A stretch of DNA of 64,000 nt, taken from NCBI RefSeq assembly GCF_006345805.1, contig NC_042998.1:28396001-28460000 (forward strand), given 5' to 3'. The notes below the pieces were generated by a model. That model had not been told where the DNA came from and ran no database searches. It was given only the letters and a program-made list of their open reading frames with translations. The translations under genes and the position numbers were made by a program. Positions within the stretch are counted from its first letter, which is position 1; each line of letters opens with the position of its first letter. This stretch comes from Octopus sinensis. Lineage: Eukaryota. Positions 1 through 12,703 of this stretch are shown piece after piece.

Positions 1-340
1 ATAAGGAGATTGGAAATCTATAATCTGTTGGGAAACGAATAACAATTTGAATTTACTTGAATTTTAAATTAATAAAGTATAATTCAGGCATTTAGTAGCC
101 AAGTATACAAAGTTTTAATGATACATACATACACACACACACACGCACGCGCGCGCACACACACACACACATATATATATAGATAAATAGATAGATAGAT
201 GGATTGATAGATAGCTAGATAGAGAGATAGATAGATAGATAGATAGATGTCGTATGTATATATATATATATGTACACATATACACGCTATATGTATATAT
301 GTATATATGTGTGTATGTGTGTGTGTATATATATATATTC

Positions 341-762
341 TTTTATTTGTTTCAGTTACTTGACTGCGGCCATGCTGGAGCACCGCCACTAGTCGAACAA
401 ATCGAACCCAGGACTTATTCTTTGTAAGCCTACTACTCATCCTATCGTTCCCTTTTGCCGAACCGATAGATTACGGGGACGTAAACACACCAACATCGGT
501 ATCAAGCGATGGTAGGAGGACAAGCACAGACACCTAAACACACACACACATACACACCCACACGCACACGCACACACACATATATATATACATATACACG
601 ACGGGCTTCTTTCAGTTTCCGTCTACCAAATCTACTCACAAGTCTTTGGTCGGGCCGAGGCTATACTAGAAGGCACTTGTTCAAGATATCACACAGTGGG
701 TCTGAACCCTGGAGCATGTGGTTGGTAAGCAAGCTACTTACTACACAGCCACTCTTGCGCCT
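341..762 (-). mobile_element. tRNA-related SINE, family A (head + internal microsatellite + LINE-like tail)
   Basis: Minus strand starts AGGCGCAAGAGTGGCTGTGTAGTAAG (A-box-like) and has GGTTCAGACCC (B-box-like); about 10 dispersed copies in the window. Confidence 0.85.
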
Positions 763-873
763 ATGCACACACACAAGCACAGACAAGCACACACAAACAC
801 ACACATACATATATATGTGTGTGGGTGTTTGTGTGTGCGTGCGTGCCTGTGTGTTAGTAAGTATTAAAAACCT

Positions 874-1130
874 CTGATCACGTACGCCCATGGGACTGAG
901 CCTAGAAAGTTTGGGGAAGACCAGCAATCGCCCATGCAAACAGTTCTCCCCTATGCACGTCACCGATGTTGTCCAAGGGAATGGTAGAGATCGATACAGC
1001 ATGACACCAGTGACGTCACAACGAGATATGAAGCATCTCGCTCGAAAACACAACACAAAGACCGGTGTGGGAATCAAACTTTCGACCTCAGGCTTGTAAG
1101 CTACATGCTCTAACCACTGAGCCATGTGCT
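874..1130 (-). mobile_element. SINE family B, degenerate copy
   Basis: Similar to 28134-28472 and 55200-55528 (CTCTAACCACTGAGCCA, GATGTTGTCCAAGGGAA, GTGACGTC). Confidence 0.7.
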
Positions 1131-2289
1131 GTCACACACACACACACACACACGCACGCGCACACATGCACGCCCACGCACACACACACACACATATATA
1201 TATACGGGATTGTGTGTGTACGTGTGTGTGCGTATCCTATACAAGTGCATAGTACATACATACATACATACATACATACATACATACATACATACATACA
1301 TACATGTATACTAATGCCCCAGCATGACAGCAGCTTTAAAGCTGAGACAGTTTAAAGAAATTTTATATACCTACAATATAGCTAAACCACTCTGGTAAGA
1401 AATATTGAGGTTCTGTGCATCGAGACACGGAAATCTATTTTTGGAAGTAATTTTATTATTCAAATTATATGTTTGCGTGAAAACGTGATGGATGATATTT
1501 GTTTCAAAGTATAATATTGATCGAAATACGAACATTAGCTTGCTTTAGGCACCTTAAATTAAAGCTGTAGTACATGGAAGGTTTCAGTATTTTTACAGCA
1601 GCCGTTATTTATTTGAAGAGCTCTCAGTTGATCATCTGCTACGTAGTCCTCACTTCAGATTCTATATTATTCGATGATTTTTATGTAGTTCTTTAAAAGT
1701 AAAAAGAAAGGGAAATGATTATGTTATTTTATGATTAGTATTCTTGCTTCTTCGGTAGTTATATTAATGTTTGCACTTTCATCTACTAAATATATAGACA
1801 TACTAGTAAAAAATAATTATAGTACGGTCTGTCTTTATCTTTTACGCTTTTTCACTGTTAAGGTACGCTATTAGACGGCCAGAATCTCTAAGTGAACATT
1901 TGTGCACGCGTATGTATGTGCATATATATATATATATTTATATAGAAATAAATATTTATACATAAGTTTACATACACACACACACACATACATACATATA
2001 TATATGCGTGTGTGTGTGTAAACTTATGTATAAATATTGATTTCTATATGCATATACATATATCAATATATCTGTATACATATATATAGACATGTATACA
2101 TGCATATATACACACATCTCTATCTCCCTTTTTCTCTCTCTCCCTCTTCTCTCCCTCTCTCTCTCCCTCTTCTCTCTCTCTCCCTCTTCTCTCTCTCTCC
2201 CTCTTCTCTCTCCCTCTCTCTCTCCCTCACTATATATATATATATATATATACCCATACATACATATATATATATATATATGTATATAT

Positions 2290-2494
2290 AAAATATTAGT
2301 TATCGCCATACTAATATGGCATTCTTATAAAAATAAGAAAAAAGCTGACCGCTTATTAGCTCCATGAGGCCATCGCCTTAAGTTAGCTATTTGATACACA
2401 AACTGTATCCATATAACCTTTGAACATGGAGCTAATAAGCTTTTTTCTTATTTTTATAAGAATGCCATATTAGTATGGCGATAACTAATATTTT
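2290..2494. repeat. Long inverted repeat (about 70-bp arms, 58-bp spacer), foldback/MITE-like
   Basis: 2290-2366 is the reverse complement of 2425-2494 apart from a 7-nt insertion in the left arm. Confidence 0.9.
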
Positions 2495-2600
2495 CCGGGA
2501 CGCTGCCGTTGTTCTCTTTTAGAGAGACTTAGTAATTTTAATATTTCTATTATGTATATATATATATACATATATATACACACACACACACACACACATA

Positions 2601-2703
<103 letters not shown>

Positions 2704-2705
2704 AT

Positions 2706-2768
<63 letters not shown>

Positions 2769-3034
2769 TAGATATAGTGGCTGCTTTCTCGTATACGAGC
2801 AAACCCATTGCTAGAAAGAACCATTAAAACCATTAACACGAGTCATTGAAAATGCCACGTGAGGCGCTTATATGACTCTTGAGCTCTGCCGAAGATTTGC
2901 ACATTTTATTGCATAATGCACAGTTGTGTTGGCTGGCAGAAGGAACCATTCACATAGTATGAAGTCTTTTTGATCCTCCAAATGAAAGGCGAACTTTTCG
3001 ACAGGTCGCATATATTCTATTGTCAACGATAACT

Positions 3035-3935
3035 GCCTCATAATTTACAAGGCCTGCGTGATTGAAGCATTTTTCTCCGAAAAATCACTTAAAAATCAAT
3101 ACTCTTTCATTTTCTTCTAGTTCATTCTTTCTAAGGTTCCCCCTGATCTTCTTATGCTTTATTCGCTCTTTTTCAAACTTCAAGCAACCACTGTGCACTC
3201 TTTTCCGCCATGTATCGCGGTCCAGTGCTTCTCTCTCTCTCAACCAATATCTTAAATTTTTGTTTGTGTCAAAGCAGTTTTAAGGCATTCTTTGAAACTT
3301 ATTCAGGGTTTATGTGCTGGCTTTTTACGATCTCTTAGCTCACCATGCAAGAGTTGCTTACGAAGTCTTTTACTATTCATTCTCAGCAAATATCCACGTC
3401 ACGTTCAACGACTTTGAAGAATGATTCTACATTTCTGCTACCACTTCTCTCAAGTACCTCAGCGCAGCCCAGCTTTTTCAAGATCTCCCAAAGTGAAACT
3501 ATTTTCAGAATCAAACTCTTTTATCAGATCAATAAAAACTTGGTATAAGTCTTTTGTCACAGTCTAGCTGAAAATATCATAACCATAGTTCTCCTACCAC
3601 CTCTAAATCTACATTGCAATCCTGGTAGAACCTCATACGCAATATGCATATTATTCCAGGCATATTATCAACAACAGAGAGGTAAAAGGAATACTATTGA
3701 GCAACTTATGAAAGTGCACTTTCCATCTCCCAACAATATCTTTAGGATTTTTTAATAATTCTGTTGTCCTGTTTGCTGAAAAGCCAGCATTTAGCAACAT
3801 GTTAAATGCCTTTTGTTTCTCTCTAAAATAAGACCAGTTTCTTTATCATTTTCATCGAACCAATCCTGGTGCGTTTTCGCAACAAAACAAAGAATGTTAC
3901 TCCTTCTTTGAATGAATTCCAACATCCATCGCTAG
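3035..3935 (-). pseudogene. Decayed, internally deleted RTE (BovB-like) LINE ORF
   Basis: Manual minus-strand translation gives HQDWFDENDKE, EVLPGLQCRFRGGRRTMVMIFSAR, VFIDLIKEFDS, KQLLHGEL, ALDRDTWRK, with many stops and frameshifts. Confidence 0.7.
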
Positions 3936-5006
3936 AGAAATTTCGCATCTCATATCATTCTGTACTGACGCTCCATATGTATATATATATATATAGCATA
4001 GAAAATTTTTTTTTTAAACGATGGATAAATGACAGTTAATTACAACTGGTTCTTACATATTTTTCTATTTGATTAGTGAGTATGTTACATCATAGTGAAT
4101 AAAAAAACGTATTTATCAGATGATACATATAATTTCAAAACAATAAAACAACCCAACCTGTTGCATACCATTTAAGTACCCGATCCTCTCCAGAATCATT
4201 TAAATATATATATATATATATATATACACACGTGCATACATACAAACGTGTGTATACATATTTATATGTATACATATACACATTTATTTATATATATATA
4301 TACGTACTCACATATGTATATATATATATATGTATGTTTATATATGTATACATATATATGTGAGTGTGTGTGATGTGTGTATTTAGAATGAAATTTGTTA
4401 TTGCATGCTTGGTTGTACCAAAAATTCTTTTTTGTCATCCATAACATATTATTCTCTCCAGACGCATAAATATGGCCGGTCACTCTAATACGTGAATGTC
4501 TTTTCTGCAAAAGATTCTTCACACATTCAAATGAATGTATTTCCAATATTCCATATATTGTGATATTGATTTTAAAGTATTGTACTTTTAAGTCCGATGT
4601 TCCTATTCTGCCGAAAGTTGATCAACAGCCCCGAGCATAATATAATATTTAACATATTGCCATAATGCTAGAATTTTCCGGTTTCTCAGAATGACACGAC
4701 AGATTTATGAGCCAAAGAGGATCGTGTCTATTTTTGCAATACCGTACGCACTATTTCGTGTGTCCTATAATGTCTTCTATGAGTTAGTACGCTAGTGTAC
4801 ACCTCAAGTAAACTGTCAAATACATCAATTGTGAAACTGAGTAAGCGTTTCATTTTAATTATTTTCATTGTTTTGTCATCGCTATCAGAAACTGGATTTT
4901 CTCTTTGCTTAGCATATTGGTTTCAAATTTTAGCACAACGCCAGTAATTTCGTTATGGGGTATAAGATGACTGTCTCTACCTTAGTGCTCAACTAGTTCT
5001 TATTTT

Positions 5007-5197
5007 ACAGTTCTATATTTAAGAGATACGGAATTTTGTACATTATGTACATTATTTACATTATTTATATTTGACGGATATTTGTCCTCATCTTGTTTGT
5101 TGTTAACACAACGTTTCGGCTGATATACCCACCAGCCTTCATCAGGTGTCTTGGGGGAATTTCGAACTTGGGTTCTCATTCCTAAGGTATTTTTCGA
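5007..5197 (-). mobile_element. Family E: ~190-bp non-coding repeat with hammerhead ribozyme (Penelope-like pLTR / retrozyme-like), copy 1
   Basis: Homologous to 13357-13505, 33349-33490, 35895-36022; (TAA)n lies immediately upstream on the minus strand. Confidence 0.75.
5105..5150 (-). ncRNA. Minimal type I hammerhead ribozyme
   Basis: Minus strand reads GACAC-CTGATGA-A-GGCTG-GTGGGTATAT-CAGCC-GAAA-CGTT-GTGTT: full core, perfect 5-bp stem II, palindromic ACGT stem III, stem I GACAC/GTGTT. Confidence 0.75.
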
Positions 5198-5249
<52 letters not shown>

Positions 5250-5303
5250 GATAGTGATACAAGTGGGCTAAGTAACGTAGTAACAAGCATAATTATTATG
5301 AGT

Positions 5304-5517
5304 TTCTTTCTACTAAAGGCAAAAGCCTTGTAATTTCGGGGAGGGGACTAGTCCATTACATCGAACCCAGTGTTGCAGTGGTATTTATTTTATGGACCTC
5401 GAAAGGAGGAAAGGCAAAGTCGACCTCCGCGGAACTTGAAATCAGAACATAAAAAGGGATAAAATGTCACGAGGCATTTCACCCAGCGTGCTAACGATTC
5501 TGCCAGATCGCCGCCTT
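5304..5517 (-). mobile_element. SINE family C
   Basis: AGGCAAAGTCGACCTC...CTAACGATTCTGCCAG...CGCCGCCTT matches the many other copies. Confidence 0.8.
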
Positions 5518-5533
5518 AATAATAATAATAATA

Positions 5534-5575
<42 letters not shown>

Positions 5576-5666
5576 TAATAATAATGATTGTAATAATAAT
5601 AATAATAATGATGATAATAATAATGATAATAATAATGATGATGATAATAATAAAGATGATAATAAT

Positions 5667-5989
5667 GCTGATAGCTACCTAACTCAGATACAAGGAAACC
5701 CAAAAATGGTAGAAATTCAAAAGATAGTGCTCATGGGAACTGCTCATATCCTACGCAAAATACTTTCTATGTAATCTCAAGGTTTAAAACAAACATAATT
5801 TTCGGTTTAAAAAAAAAAAGAAAATTATTTTTTTTAGACATTCATTAGTACAACACCAAAAACTCCCCCCCCCAAATATATGGCACACTAGGCATAACAA
5901 CAACATGAACTTCCAACCTGTTGTCTCTTGAGGTCTCTGGGTGAGACTTGGAGCCAACTTGTACAAATATAAAGCAAAAGTCAAACATA

Positions 5990-5991
<2 letters not shown>
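5667..5991 (+). mobile_element. 3' end of an R4/Dong-like LINE embedded in (TAA)n
   Basis: 5667-5774 translates ADSYLTQIQGNPKMVEIQKIVLMGTAHILRKILSM*, homologous to the C-terminus of the 33.7-35.6 kb element (IQKIALLGTAHILRRTLS); TAA-type repeats on both sides. Confidence 0.75.
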
Positions 5992-6068
<77 letters not shown>

Positions 6069-6116
6069 AAGAAGAAGAAGAACAACAACAACAACAACAA
6101 CAGCAACAACAAGAAC
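5991..6116. repeat. Compound microsatellite (AAT)n-(GAA)n-(CAA)n
   Basis: Directly visible. Confidence 0.95.
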
Positions 6117-6462
6117 AAGAGCACTCAGCGAGCGCAAACCTCCGCCAAGGAAACACGGGCGTCCTCTCAATGATTAGCAAGGAATGATTTTTAAAATGAG
6201 AATATCTGAAACAAATTCGACTGCTCTCACAAACGAGAATACTAAAAACGAACCCGACCGCTCTCAAATATTAAGTAAGAGGAACAGAAAAGTAATCAAG
6301 AATCCTTACTCGGTAATGGATCGATTCCAAAATCTAATCAGTTCGTGCCAGTCATGAGGCCAAACATCCCTGAAAGTTTCATCCGAATCCACCCAGCGGT
6401 TCTTGAGATATCTTGTCCATGGCAAACAAATACGATTACCTCCGCGAAGGCGGAGGTAATAA
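6117..6462 (+). mobile_element. Family H: Helentron-associated (HINE/DINE-like) non-autonomous element
   Basis: Subterminal ACCTCCGCC (6138-6146) is inverted relative to GGCGGAGGT near the 3' end; perfect 11-bp hairpin 6435-6460; second copy at 40418-40640. Confidence 0.5.
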
Positions 6463-6463
6463 T

Positions 6464-6671
6464 CCTTTCTACAGAAAGCACAAGGTCTCAAATTTTGGGG
6501 AAGGGATGAAGTCGATTACTTTGCCTCCAGTGCGTTACTGGTACTTATTTAAACGACCCCGAAAGGATGAAAGGCAAAGTCGATCTCAGCGGAATTTGAA
6601 CTTAGAACGTAGCGACGGATGAAATACCGCTATTTCGTGCGGCGCGCTAACAATTCTGCCAGCTCGGTGCC

Positions 6672-6673
<2 letters not shown>
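6464..6673 (-). mobile_element. SINE family C
   Basis: CCCCGAAAGGATGAAAGGCAAAGTCGA core and head segment. Confidence 0.85.
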
Positions 6674-6734
<61 letters not shown>

Positions 6735-9700
6735 GTTATAATAATAATAATAATATTGGAAAGATATGCGTGTTAAAAGGGAAACGATTCCACACACTTG
6801 AATCAAATATGGATGGCCATCTATTAGAGTTGAAAAAATATGCAACGATATCGTTTTGATAAAGATCAGTGAGATGGCTATGGAAGGAAAGTTTCAGTGG
6901 ATAGAAAAAGATTTGTAAATACTCATGAAAATTGAAGTAGTCGACATTGCACACACACAGAAATACACAGAAACACACACACAGAAATACACAGAAACAC
7001 ACACACGCAAACTCACAGACGCATACACACACAGCTCACATATACGTATTACTGCTTAGAAATGAATGTGTAGTAATTCAATACTTCACCTGATGCAGTG
7101 TATAAATACATATATACGCATCCTTCCTTTTTTTCTCTTTTCCTCCTTGCCTCCTCAAAAAGAGCCATTTCAAACACCGTCAGAATCCTTATCTTCCATT
7201 AATTATATACTACTTGTACTCTGTTTTGGAAAATATTTTTTTTCCAGGCGCGGCAAATAAAAATAGAATATATTCAGAAAATATCTCAACTTTGTAGCAA
7301 GAGAACGGAAATAAAAATCGATCAACTCGTTTTACTACAATGCTTTCGATCTGCGTCGATATAATCTGAAGTACTAACAGTTATTTTTGTATCAGTGAAA
7401 CCTGAAGAGCGATTTAAGATAGTTTTTAATAAAGTTCAACAGATGACGGAATATAAGAGGAAGCAATTAAAATATTAAATGAATGTCAGGATTGTGGGAA
7501 AGGATAACAATTTAGAGCATTAAATATTTATTATCGTTAAAATCGTCATTCAATTTTACTTCGTTTCCTGCCAGAAGGACAACTAGATGTACAGAAGACG
7601 CCATAGCAAAACATGGCTACGTAACAAAAATGTATCAGATACTGTGATATTCTGCCCAGTTACAGCAATAGAGGAGAGGAATGCTAGAGGTGTATATGGA
7701 AGAAAGATTAATAAAATCAATGTGAAGATCAAAATGAAGATTAATGTCTGCGTTAGAATGAAATCCCAGATTCACATAGAGAGTTAATGAGAATGTTTAA
7801 CATCTAGAACAGCGGGTAAATACGGGTGCTTACGTGATGAAGATTATAATTGCTAATGATGATGATGATGAAGATGATGGTGGTAGGTGTAGCTATGGTG
7901 TTGAAGGGGGCTGATTAGCATATTACCAGAGTTAATTATATCTTTTTTCTTCAAATCAATTCATAAACAATTAACAGAAAGTGTTTAGCAATTCTGGTTT
8001 AGTATTCAACCAACGGTACAAGAACGAAATTCAATGCCCTCTCCATCACAGCTCTTAGACAAAACGATAATAATTTATTGAACATATTACTGAATATGAC
8101 TGAGGATTCTATAATACGATGGTCACAAGTGAGGAATGTGGTCGAAATAACTATTATCTGTGTCCCGAATTATATATCGCTACTGAAGAATTTCTTTATT
8201 CTTCGCAAGAATAAGAATAATTCTTAATGGGTTCAATTTAATAGAGTGTATTCTTCTCCGACACTTAGTGGTTAAATTTGCATTTTGTAAAATCTATAAT
8301 TAATTAACAGAAAATCATTTTGTTTGAATTTTGTCACATTTTAATAAATGTTCTATTTGACTCTACTTCACATCTGTCTATCTGTCTGTGTCAGTTCCTG
8401 TTTATCTATCTTCACCTCTCTCTCTCTCTCCATATATATATATGCGAGCCAAACGACCCCGTCCAATGGGCGGTGCTGAGCTGTCAAACATTTAAACCAA
8501 ATTTTCTGAAAACAACTTGTCCGACCGTCCTATAGGCTTCCCCTTTGAGAGACACTGATTTAGCCTAAAAATATATGTGTGTATGTGTGCAAAGAGAGAG
8601 AAAGAGAGAGAGGGGGAGGGAGAGATAAAGACAAACATATATCCTTCAGCTTTACTCCTTAATCATTCGGAAAATGTAGCAATTGTGAACACATTGCACC
8701 AAAGTCTCTCAGGTTGAAGAATGGAAACAGCATTGCTCTTAATACATAATAATAATAACAATGAATGTCAGAATACCATAACCCGCACCTATTAAATTGC
8801 CTTTCATCATCATAAAATTTCATTCATTGCAATTTATAATGCACTAAAAGTCAGAGAGAGACGAAAACCATTTGAGCAGAAAGAAATTCTGATGACAGAA
8901 TCGGATACTGCCTGAAAAACGCAAATGCTGCAGTGACGATGCACTGCAGTTGAAAAAATATGCAAACGCAATAAGAATATATAAAAATAGTTCTGATAAG
9001 TATAAATCTAATCTTGAACGAATATTAGAGCCAGTCCTCGATAAATGCAACAGAACTTACTAGATCAATAATCCCTTGGAGAAGAGTTAGTCTTTTATTA
9101 CCAGAGACTAGTAGTTTTATTCTTAAAAGCCGAGTGAAGTGAATCAATATAGAATGATGTGCTATGTACATAATCAAATTGGAACCAGTACATTGAACTT
9201 ACGTTGCATCAATTGGCAGTTGAACGTTTTATGCGCGTGTCCATTCTGCATATAAAAGACATGTGTATGGAACGAATAAAATGTCCACTGTCAAAAGTAA
9301 TTTATAATGGGCTGCTGGATACCATACTTTTAGATAAAGGAATATTTACAATATATATAATTATTGAAATCTAACGGTTGATCTTTTAGTGTGTATGTTA
9401 GCCATTGCTATATGAAATGGCTAATATATAACTTTTCATTCATTTATTCAGTGCACCCGCGTTACATATGAACTAAGAAAGAATAATGGCGGATAGATTG
9501 TCAGCATTTTGTATTACAAATATTTGTATTGAAGTCGAGACGGAATTAAATTTAGGAAGCATTTTCTTAGACAAAAGCAGCTTTTAGTTCTCGGTTGTAA
9601 TGAGTGCTTATATATTGGATGGGTCAAAAGTCCGTTCGGGTTTTGTCGACACAAAACTTCCAGTACGTTAATACGTAGCTAGCTCGAGTCTGAAAGGAGC

Positions 9701-10008
9701 TTCGAAACGTGTGTCCCAGAAGAGGTTTTTTCAAGATTTCGATCGGGAAGTTTTTCAGCTGAATATGCACCTCACTCTGTCCAGCAATCTAAGCTGAACA
9801 GCGAAACCTGCCCCCGTTATACCACTAGAATGATCGCAGATATTCTGTAAGTATTCAAATCGAGTGTTAAAAAAATTATCTGCATCACCTTTTTTACGTC
9901 AGTACGCTCGATGTTTGAATGATATTATAAATCTTCCACTGAGTAAGGAGCCGGCTTCCAACAAAGATACAAGGCTCCATCTTTGGGACGTAGTTAACAC
10001 AGACAAAT

Positions 10009-10506
10009 TTATATTTGGAACTTGAGAAAAGTCTTGCATATTTTTGCTGTTCCACTCACAGATTGCCCTTGTAATGTGCGAATTAGCCGGTCGATTTCTC
10101 TTTCTGAAAATCCCAGTTTACCCGGATTCTCCTTTCAGCATTTACTAACAAAACCCAGTGCTCCAATTATTATTGGTATTAATATGAATTCATACTCTAT
10201 CTATACAAGCTAGCGGTTTCGAAGCAGTTGTCCATAGATATCCTCATTTTCTTTGATTTTCAAAGAGATATTTATATCTGCAGGGCAGCTAACCTCTATG
10301 ATGGTACATACATTTGTCCCTCTGTCCCAAAAAACAATATCCGGCCTGTTATGCTTACATTTTACATAAATTTTGATGGGAATATTCCACCAGTATTCCT
10401 TCAATTTCTGTTTATGAATGTATTCCGTAACAGAAATATTGTCTAAATTTATTTCAGGACAACCTATGAAGGATTCCCTAATTTGCATACCGAAAGTTTT
10501 TAACAC
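10009..10506 (-). pseudogene. Restriction-like endonuclease (RLE) C-terminus of an R2/R4/NeSL-group LINE
   Basis: ORF 10210-10506 has WWNIPI...HNRPDIVFWD...IEVSCPAD...YGQLLRN; the frame continues past two stops as IPIIIGALG...GTAKICKTFLKFQI*. Confidence 0.75.
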
Positions 10507-10580
<74 letters not shown>

Positions 10581-12136
10581 ATATATTATATATATATATA
10601 TATTATATATATATATATATATATAACGCATGCTATTATTATAAACAGGGACAATTTTAGCCATTTCTCCGCAGACTGGAAAAAAACGATGAACAACCTT
10701 AATCAATTTTCAGACCTCCTTGGGTTCTCATCAGAGGCATTTACATCATTCTGACAGTCTCCAGAGAAGCAAGCAGCCAAACTGTTTCTATACTCAACAA
10801 ATGCAGTAGTTACTCTATAAAGGAGTCCTTAATTTGCATACCGTCCTCGTAGTCATCATCGTCTTTTCTTCCTGCATGAATTGCTATTCCATTTGCTTTA
10901 GTGCCTCAGTGGAACTTCTCACCCAATTTTTAATCATTTCGCTAAACGCTGTTGCTTGCTCGGCGTATTTCTAACTCAGTTACAAGATGGATTCCTATGA
11001 AATGCCCTCGGTTTTCGTACCTTTGTTTTTCTCTTAATCCTCTTTAGTCGCAAGGTTTAGTTGAACGCCTATCTTTCTGACCTTCAAAGAGTGCTAGTCT
11101 CAGCTGTAAGAATATATCCGTGCTCTTGGCAAATCCTAGTTACTCCGTCATGAATCGCAGGATTAGATCCATATCCATCTGATATTGGTATAGCGCAAAC
11201 GTTTGGTTCAGAATTTTTCTATTTTTCTTTGAGCCAGTGTTTTTTATTACAATTATTAAAAAAAATCTTTCCTTTCCAGTCCGTCAGACATAATTGTATA
11301 CCACTTAGGTGTTTGATGTCTAAGCGTGTGGATATTATTTTTTCAACGTATGCACCATCTACCCACAATAGAATATTGCATTTAAAATCTCAACCATTGA
11401 AATTAAATTGCTGCAGACATACGGTTTCTGTAGTAAATATTTTCAAACAAATTTCACTTACATTTTCTCGATAATACAAAATTATTAAAAAAAAAATGTA
11501 TGTGTTCAGCGAACAGTATTAAGTGGATTGAAATCAAGTTCAGAAATGGTTTAAAAGTTTAATAAAATTTATTTGATTTGTTTCTGTAATAAAAGTAAGT
11601 TCAGTGTAAAACCATTGAAAACATAGTTTTGTAAATATGAAGTAGGATATTGGATGAAGGAAGGATGCTTGAAGTGAAAATATTAATTGATGGCAAGATT
11701 TGCCGAAATTTTACAGTATATTTTAAATTAGCAACTAATGCAGGATGTAAATTAGTGTGATGTTATGCACAAAATTCGATGTAAATACAATTTGTTCTTT
11801 AACTACATGAATGCTTGTTGCAAGCTTCGAGTTAATAGCTCAGTCTGTTCATAAGCACAACTATAACGGACCCAAATTTAATTGTGATGTTTGAGAATGC
11901 AGTATAAATAACTTGATTCTGAAGTCAACAAAAACAAACTGAAGCACAGAAGACATGGTTATTAATCTCTTAAAAACGTTTATTGAATAACACTCGAAAG
12001 ACATTCAGCTGTTTAGAACATGTGGCATATATGGCTTAGAATCAATGTTAAAGGGGGAATCAGTTAATCTATCTTTACGAAACAGGTTAACGTTTGTTGT
12101 ATAGACTGATTCGCTCGTCATTATTTACTAATGAAT

Positions 12137-12358
12137 AAGGGCGGCGATCTGACTGAATTGTTAGCATGCCAGCCAAAATGCTTAGCGGCATTTCATCCGG
12201 CTTTACATTCCAAGATCAAATTCCCCCGAGGCCGACTTTTCCTATCAGCCCTTCGAGGTCGATAACATAAGTGCCAGTCGGATTCTGGTGTAGATGTCAC
12301 TTATTTATTCCGACCCCGAAGTTTCAACCGTGGCGCCAGTAATTGTAGAAAGGATTAT
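12137..12358 (+). mobile_element. SINE family C, diverged
   Basis: Head, GCCGACTTT...CTTCGAGGTCGATAA core and tail recognisable. Confidence 0.7.
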
Positions 12359-12703
12359 TTAATCATATATACATAGATTTAGATATAAATGTGACACCTG
12401 TTCAGTTAAATCTCGACGGAGAACTATGGTAACGAGTCCAGTATTCTTTTCATAAAAAGTAACTATCAATAAATGGACGCCATTTTGACAATTTCATGAT
12501 CGAGGTTTGTATTTCATTTGATTTCATGCTCGAGACAAAATGTCTTAATCATATTAGAACTTTGGACAAGTAAGCAACGATGAAGTTATGATTGAAAGAT
12601 GACGGGAGTGAGGTGCGGTAAATGGAAATCAATCCTGGACAGGACAGCATGGATGGCACTTTAAATCCTTTAGTCTTTTGGATGAGACTAATTTTCTGGG
12701 TAA

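Noticed and set aside
7575-7645. Possible small exon after a polypyrimidine tract and CAG
   Set aside because: Short, no recognisable protein, weak donor
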